Positions 27,167-32,000 of a stretch of 32,000 nt of DNA are shown in pieces. Both the position numbers and the translations under genes were made by a program. The notes below the pieces were generated by a model. It had not been told where the DNA came from, ran no database searches, and was given only the letters and a program-made list of their open reading frames with translations. The stretch covers positions 1,590,001 through 1,622,000 of the forward strand of contig NC_007614.1 in the NCBI RefSeq assembly GCF_000196355.1. The letters run 5' to 3'. Source of the DNA: Nitrosospira multiformis ATCC 25196. Its GTDB lineage: Bacteria > Pseudomonadota > Gammaproteobacteria > Burkholderiales > Nitrosomonadaceae. Numbering within the stretch: position 1 is the stretch's first letter; each line of letters opens with the position of its first letter.

Positions 27167-27755
27167 TGCGCCTCCCCTGTCCTGCCGGGGTTTGCCTCTG
27201 CCTTTTGACGAGGATGTAATCGAACCTGATTTTTCAAGGAAGAATGCCGCTCCACGCCTTCCTTGGCCTGTTCAGCCAAAGCGCTCTCCCTCAGTCGAAA
27301 AAATATTGCCATCCTGGCAGGGATAGGATCATGGTTTATCCTGCCGAGGGCTTGATCCGGTCAACTTTCACTATTATTCCCCTGCTTGGAATAAGATTCG
27401 CAGGTGTAGCTGTCTTCGTAGCCCGGGCGCACTCAACTATTGTTTTTTTGTCCTTCGCTGGTTCAAAGTTCTGCTTGTGGAATACTCGATCATTAAACAA
27501 TACTCGCTCATACATCACTCTCAAGTGCCTGGGTAGATAGGCACGCAAAGTATTGGCGCCAGTTGCAGTACAGCGAAGAGTGGCGTAATCATCCTGACTT
27601 CCTTGAATACACATAATCCCCGCGGTTTACCGATTCAGCAATAGAAAAAATAGAAAATCAGCCGGTGGAATTTTCGTCAAGGAAAACGACTTATACAAAA
27701 ACCCCGGGCAGCAAAAGACCTGCCATCAGGCCGCTGGTTCAATACGCGTAAGAGA

Positions 27756-28148
27756 TCAAGCTAGAGGAGGTCGTTGCGGATGCTGAAGAACCGGAGAGGA
27801 AAAGCGGGAAACGGGCAGGATAGCGTAAGAAAATCCGCCAGAAAGATTGAGTGCAGGGGCCGCAGATGGCAGGCCATTGCCACTTATGTGGCAAACGACT
27901 CCATCGCAGGAAAGGGTCAGATCCGCCTCACCCTCTGCGTTATCAACACCCGGTTGTCTGTGATTGCTGTCGTCATGCAAGGGGCAAGCTGCGGAAGGGA
28001 CTTCATGATCAATTTGATTTTCAGGTTCCGCAGATACAGATATATTTCCGGCTTGAGCGCATAACGGCATGAGGGCTGCCAGAGCGTTTTGCAGGGGCAG
28101 CGACAACATGATCAGAATCGATAAGAATATGCGCGTACGCACCATCAT
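27756..28148 (-). CDS. Small exported protein, possible CopL/CzcI-like metal-resistance accessory protein
   Basis: 130 aa, signal peptide MMVRTRIFLSILIMLSLPLQNALA, His/Cys-containing middle, C-terminal ...VLQHPQRPPLA reminiscent of CzcI/DUF2946-like C-termini. Located upstream of cusCBA on the same strand. Confidence 0.5.
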   Translation of the reverse strand: MMVRTRIFLSILIMLSLPLQNALAALMPLCAQAGNISVSAEPENQIDHEVPSAACPLHDDSNHRQPGVDNAEGEADLTLSCDGVVCHISGNGLPSAAPALNLSGGFSYAILPVSRFSSPVLQHPQRPPLA

Positions 28149-28332
28149 ATTATCCAGTATGAGGCATCTATCCCTGCCAGAACAAGAGTTACGTGTTATA
28201 AAGGAAATTCATATCCGTCCCGATTCTTCAGCAACTATTGATCTATCATAGTAAAAGGTTGGATAAATTCAAGTTGAACTCCATCCTATCGACATTCGGT
28301 GTCTTCGCATCCTCTGGCGATTCGGATTTTAC

Positions 28333-29157
28333 ATGGAGAAATACCTGACGATGGGCAAAAAGGAAGACAAGAAGGAAAAGGAAGCACAGGCGTCCGAAAT
28401 ATCCAAGGAAGACTACGAGGACACGCTGTACAAACTCCAGGTTGAACTTGTAAAGCTTCAACGGCACCTCATCGAATGCGGTGACAAGATCCTGATTATC
28501 ATGGAAGGGCGGGATGCCTCTGGCAAGGACGGCACGATCAAGCGGATCACCGAGCACCTGAGTCCGCGTGAAACACGGGTGGTCGCGCTCGGCAAACCCT
28601 CGGACCGCGACCGCAACACATGGTATTTCCAGCGTTACGTTCAATACCTTCCGGCAGCGCAGGAGCTCGTGCTGTTTAACCGCAGTTGGTACAACCGGGC
28701 GGGCGTGGAAAAGGTAATGGGTTTTTGTACCGATACGGAGTATGAAGAATTCATGGGCTCGGTAGTGGAGTTCGAGCTCATGCTGATACGCTCCGGCATC
28801 AAACTTCTAAAGTACTACCTCGATATCAGTAAACCCGAGCAGGAAAAAAGGCTGAGCCAGCGCAGAAAGGATCCTCTGGCGCAATGGAAAATCAGCGCGC
28901 TCGATGGGTATGCTCTCGAAAAATGGGATGAATATACATTAGCGCGCGACAAGATGTTGACGCATACACACAATTTGATTACGCCGTGGATCATTGTGCA
29001 TGCGGACAACAAGCAGCTGACCCGGCTGAATGTCATCAAGGACATTCTCAGCCGGTTGGATTACAAAGACAAAGACGAGCACCTGATTTTGCCGGACCCG
29101 CAAATTGTATCGATATTTACCGCCTCCTTCATAGAGGAAGGTCTGCTGGCAGTATAG
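28333..29157 (+). CDS. ppk2: Polyphosphate kinase 2 family protein
   Basis: CGDKILIIMEGRDASGKDGTIKRITEHLSPRETRVVALGKPSDRDRNTWYFQRYVQYLPAAQELVLFNRSWYNRAGVEKVMGFCTD. Walker A-like GRDASGKDG and RSWYNRAGVE. Confidence 0.95.
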   Translation: MEKYLTMGKKEDKKEKEAQASEISKEDYEDTLYKLQVELVKLQRHLIECGDKILIIMEGRDASGKDGTIKRITEHLSPRETRVVALGKPSDRDRNTWYFQRYVQYLPAAQELVLFNRSWYNRAGVEKVMGFCTDTEYEEFMGSVVEFELMLIRSGIKLLKYYLDISKPEQEKRLSQRRKDPLAQWKISALDGYALEKWDEYTLARDKMLTHTHNLITPWIIVHADNKQLTRLNVIKDILSRLDYKDKDEHLILPDPQIVSIFTASFIEEGLLAV

Positions 29158-29411
29158 GCGTACTGTTTCATTGTACGTAACCTTTCTGGAAATACCTTCA
29201 TTTCAAGTCGCCCTGCTCTCCCTGGCGCTCGCCGAGGGAGCGGCGGCGCCTCTCCGTCATGATCCGTTAAAGGGGCTGGCATGCATCTCCTCCCGTCAGA
29301 TGCAATACCAGCGGAATTACTCCCTGCCTTCTCAAGACCTTGAGATGCCACCGCATTCATTTGCGCAGTCTTGCTGCCTCATTCCATAGAAACATGTCCC
29401 GCGCAATAAAC

Positions 29412-29437
29412 AAGTCATAACTTACAAGTTATGACTT
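29412..29437. promoter_or_regulatory. Perfect palindrome, candidate operator or hairpin
   Basis: AAGTCATAACTT (29412-29423) / AAGTTATGACTT (29426-29437): 12-bp perfect arms with 2-nt spacer AC, intergenic. Confidence 0.5.
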
Positions 29438-29648
29438 TCACAAGCTATGTTGGGTTCTGTGATTTTAATGCTCATCCTTATTTTTGTTTCACTTGCTCTA
29501 CCCTTTACTTTACATCTTCCTGAGAGTTTAGACACTTTATACATTATAAAGTTGACAAAGTATTTTACGGTTGATACGCTGTTCCATAAGCAGAACACTC
29601 GTATCGTCCACTTCCCTGGTTCAACTCAGCTTCAGGTCAGGCGTCTGT

Positions 29649-30089
29649 ATGACAACAAGAAGTTTTCCAACAATTGTATTCATGCTCGCGCTATTGGCTT
29701 CATGCGCCCCCATGAGTCCATATGAGGCGGTCAACAGTCGTGCTCTCCTGAAAACGGTGGAGGAAGCCAGAACATATAAGGATCATTACGCTTTGACAAA
29801 GCAATTTGAGAATCTGGCTGAAGAAATGCGCACCAGAGCAAACGAGCAGCGAAAACTGCTCGACCATTATCAGGAAAAAAGCTATCTATACGGACGACTG
29901 GCGCAGGATCAGCAATCGCATACCTGGGCCTTGATGCAGAGATATGAGCAGGCAGCCAAGGCAAGTCTTGGCAGAGCAGCCTTGCATCGCAAAATAGCGG
30001 CAAGGCTCGAACAAGAGGGTTACGGCACACGCTCACACCAGGCAGCCGGGGATTCCGCTCCGCAACCAAACCATAACCGGAGTAATTGA
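29649..30089 (+). CDS. Small helical lipoprotein, paralogue of the 7170..7523 gene
   Basis: MTTRSFPTIVFMLALLASCAPMSP lipobox (LASC), then ARTYKDHYALTKQFENLAEEMRTRANEQRKLLDHYQEKSYLYGR... Confidence 0.75.
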   Translation: MTTRSFPTIVFMLALLASCAPMSPYEAVNSRALLKTVEEARTYKDHYALTKQFENLAEEMRTRANEQRKLLDHYQEKSYLYGRLAQDQQSHTWALMQRYEQAAKASLGRAALHRKIAARLEQEGYGTRSHQAAGDSAPQPNHNRSN

Positions 30090-30254
30090 GGTGCCGAATT
30101 GAGGTAGCAAGACATCTTTTGGCATTGCCTGTGTATGCAAATAACTCACAGGAAGAAGTAAGGGTCGCCGACGAAATTCCTGTGCTATCCTATCGTCAAA
30201 ATGGCTCTTAATCGATGATATAAAAACAATCCGGCATAAGCCGTGGAGGCATCA

Positions 30255-30503
30255 TTGTTAAAAAGATGGTTCCCGCTGATAATTCTGGTTATCTTTGCAC
30301 TGCTCAGCATCGGGACGCTTAACAGGCTGGCACGCAATATGGCGCAGAAAAGAGATTTCTACAGCGATCCGCTGTGCTGGACGTTTTGGGACAAAACCCA
30401 TCAGGGGGCCGTGGAAGTTCGTCATGAAAGAGCGCCTCAGAAACCTGGGATGTCAGGAAAGAGCGCTTTCATGAAAAACGGAACTCTTATCGCACAAACC
30501 TGA
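30255..30503 (+). CDS. Small hypothetical membrane-anchored protein
   Basis: ORF 30243..30503. TTG at 30255 has GGAGG 5 nt upstream. N-terminal TM helix WFPLIILVIFALLSIGTL followed by a short soluble tail. Confidence 0.45.
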   Translation: MLKRWFPLIILVIFALLSIGTLNRLARNMAQKRDFYSDPLCWTFWDKTHQGAVEVRHERAPQKPGMSGKSAFMKNGTLIAQT

Positions 30504-30731
30504 ATATTTTCCCACGTCACCCGGAACCAGAGGCAAGAACAGTATTAAATAACACTTTGCAGTAAGCGCGTACCTGAGGAAGCGCTGCTGAAGTGCGTTC
30601 GTCTCGCTACAGCAGGTCATTCAGCCTGTGTTAACTCGCATAAATCGCTCCAGTTATAGCCCCCCTTCCCTTGCAATACCTATAGCCAGGATGCCTTATT
30701 CCTGACACTGGGATATCATAGTGTAAGGTTG

Positions 30732-32000
30732 ATGACACCTTCCATGCTCGATATCAATTCCCTTTTCTCTGCTGGGGGCGCTTTAGCCCGGAGTGTGCCA
30801 GGTTATATAGTGCGTACGCAGCAGAGGGAAATGGCTCAGGCAATTGCTGATACCATTGCCTCCAGCACGATCCTGATTGCAGAGGCCGGAACGGGCACGG
30901 GCAAAACCTTCGCCTATCTGGTGCCCGCCTTGATGACAGGGGGAAAGGTGATTATTTCCACGGGGACAAAGACTCTGCAAGATCAGTTGTTCAACCGTGA
31001 CATTCCAACCGTTCAGAGCGCGCTCAAAATTCCAGTTACCGTGGCCTTGTTGAAGGGACGGGCAAATTACGTTTGTCACTATCATCTCGAGCTTACCTTC
31101 CAGGAAAGCCGACCGGCCCTCGTCAGCCGAGAAGAGGTGAAGTATCTGAACTTGATTGAACGTTATGCCAAGAACAGCAAGAGCGGGGACAAGAGCGGCT
31201 TGAGTGAAGTACCTGAAAATGCCTCAGTCTGGCAGTACGTCACTTCCACCCGCGATAATTGCCTGGGTTCGAACTGTCCGCACTACAAGGATTGTTTTGT
31301 CATCGAAGCACGCAAGCAGGCCCTGTCAGCCGATGTGGTGGTGGTAAACCATCATCTATTCTTTGCCGACGTCATGCTGCGTGATGAAGGACTGTCGGAG
31401 TTGCTCCCCACCTGCAATACAGTGATATTTGACGAGGCTCACCAGTTACCGGAAACAGCCAGCCTCTTCTTTGGGGAATCCGTCAGCACCGGTCAATTGC
31501 TGGAGTTGGCCCGGGACAGCGAGGCTGAAGCACTGGGGAATGCAAAAGATTTTGCTCCCCTCCCCCCTGCTATCGCGGCAATGGAAAAGGCCGCGCGCGA
31601 TTTGCGCTTGACTGTGGAAGGGGAGAACATGCGCATGCCGGTGACTGCAATCAAGGCTAACGCAAAATTTGCCGGCGCGCTGAGCGAATTGCAGGAAAGA
31701 CTGGATAGCCTGATCGATCTGCTCGAAAGCCAAGCTGAGCGCTCGGATGGTCTGGAAAATTGCTGGCAGCGTTCTCGGGAAATCGCCGGCCGTATAAAAC
31801 GCTGGCAAGAACAGGCTGAAGCCGAAGGCTTCGTGCGGTGGGTGGAAGTATTCAGCCAGGCATTGCAACTCAATGCCACCCCGCTTTCCATTGCGGGGAT
31901 ATTCAACAAACAATTGGGCGGCCCTCCACGCGCCTGGATATTTACGTCCGCAACACTTTCAGTCAAGGGCGACTTCTCTCATTATAACGATCAGATGGGG
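30732..32000 (+). CDS. ATP-dependent DNA helicase, DinG/YoaA family (partial, C-terminus outside window)
   Basis: Manual translation MTPSMLDINSLFSAGGALARSVPGYIVRTQQREMAQAIADTIASSTILIAEAGTGTGKTFAYLVPAL. Walker A AGTGTGKT, FeS-type cysteines YVCHY...CLGSNCPHYKDC, DEAH box FDEAHQLPE, TSATL motif. Confidence 0.93.
   Translation, partial: MTPSMLDINSLFSAGGALARSVPGYIVRTQQREMAQAIADTIASSTILIAEAGTGTGKTFAYLVPALMTGGKVIISTGTKTLQDQLFNRDIPTVQSALKIPVTVALLKGRANYVCHYHLELTFQESRPALVSREEVKYLNLIERYAKNSKSGDKSGLSEVPENASVWQYVTSTRDNCLGSNCPHYKDCFVIEARKQALSADVVVVNHHLFFADVMLRDEGLSELLPTCNTVIFDEAHQLPETASLFFGESVSTGQLLELARDSEAEALGNAKDFAPLPPAIAAMEKAARDLRLTVEGENMRMPVTAIKANAKFAGALSELQERLDSLIDLLESQAERSDGLENCWQRSREIAGRIKRWQEQAEAEGFVRWVEVFSQALQLNATPLSIAGIFNKQLGGPPRAWIFTSATLSVKGDFSHYNDQMG

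Noticed and set aside
28333-29157. Asn rather than Asp in the VLFNRSWYNRAGVE motif of PPK2, considered as a loss-of-function change
   Set aside because: I recall FNRSWYNR occurring in other apparently functional PPK2 proteins, so I cannot claim it is unusual without an alignment.
27440-29610. Similar segments GTATT...TTCCACAAGCAGAAC (minus, near 27.5 kb) and GTATT...TTCCATAAGCAGAAC (plus, near 29.6 kb), considered as a dispersed repeat
   Set aside because: Similarity is strong over only about 15 nt and fades outside. Insufficient to call a repeat family or mobile element without a proper alignment.
1-32000. Search for CRISPR arrays, retron/reverse transcriptase genes, toxin-antitoxin pairs, phage genes, integrases, transposases and rRNA/tRNA genes
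   Set aside because: None recognised in the translated ORFs or intergenic sequence. The window appears to be ordinary chromosomal metabolism and metal homeostasis rather than a defence or mobile island.

Overview
This 32 kb window looks like chromosomal DNA of a betaproteobacterial ammonia oxidiser (Nitrosospira-like; inferred from gene content and protein style, not tested). It has three main blocks. (1) An alpha-glucan/trehalose locus: glgX on +, and on - treS fused to a maltokinase-like domain, treZ, and malQ fused to treY. (2) A cusCBA-type Cu/Ag RND efflux operon, in which CusB carries a C-terminal CusF-like copper-binding domain. (3) Flanking genes: hexose-6-P mutarotase (partial), DUF3293, maltose-acetyltransferase-like, HxlR regulator, patatin-like lipase, Zn alcohol dehydrogenase, GDCCVxC protein, PPK2, DinG/YoaA helicase (partial), and several small lipoproteins. 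No rRNA, tRNA, CRISPR array, IS element or complete prophage was recognised. The most notable observations are: a degenerate metal-binding motif in the maltokinase-like domain (DFEGE replaced by NYGGG); a collapsed D-lactate dehydrogenase remnant at about 6.6-6.8 kb; a 19-codon micro-ORF that bridges two genes through stop/start overlaps; the MalQ-TreY and CusB-CusF fusions; an intergenic region with several hairpins ending in a clear intrinsic terminator; and a perfect 12-bp-arm palindrome near 29.4 kb. No defence or mobile system could be supported.
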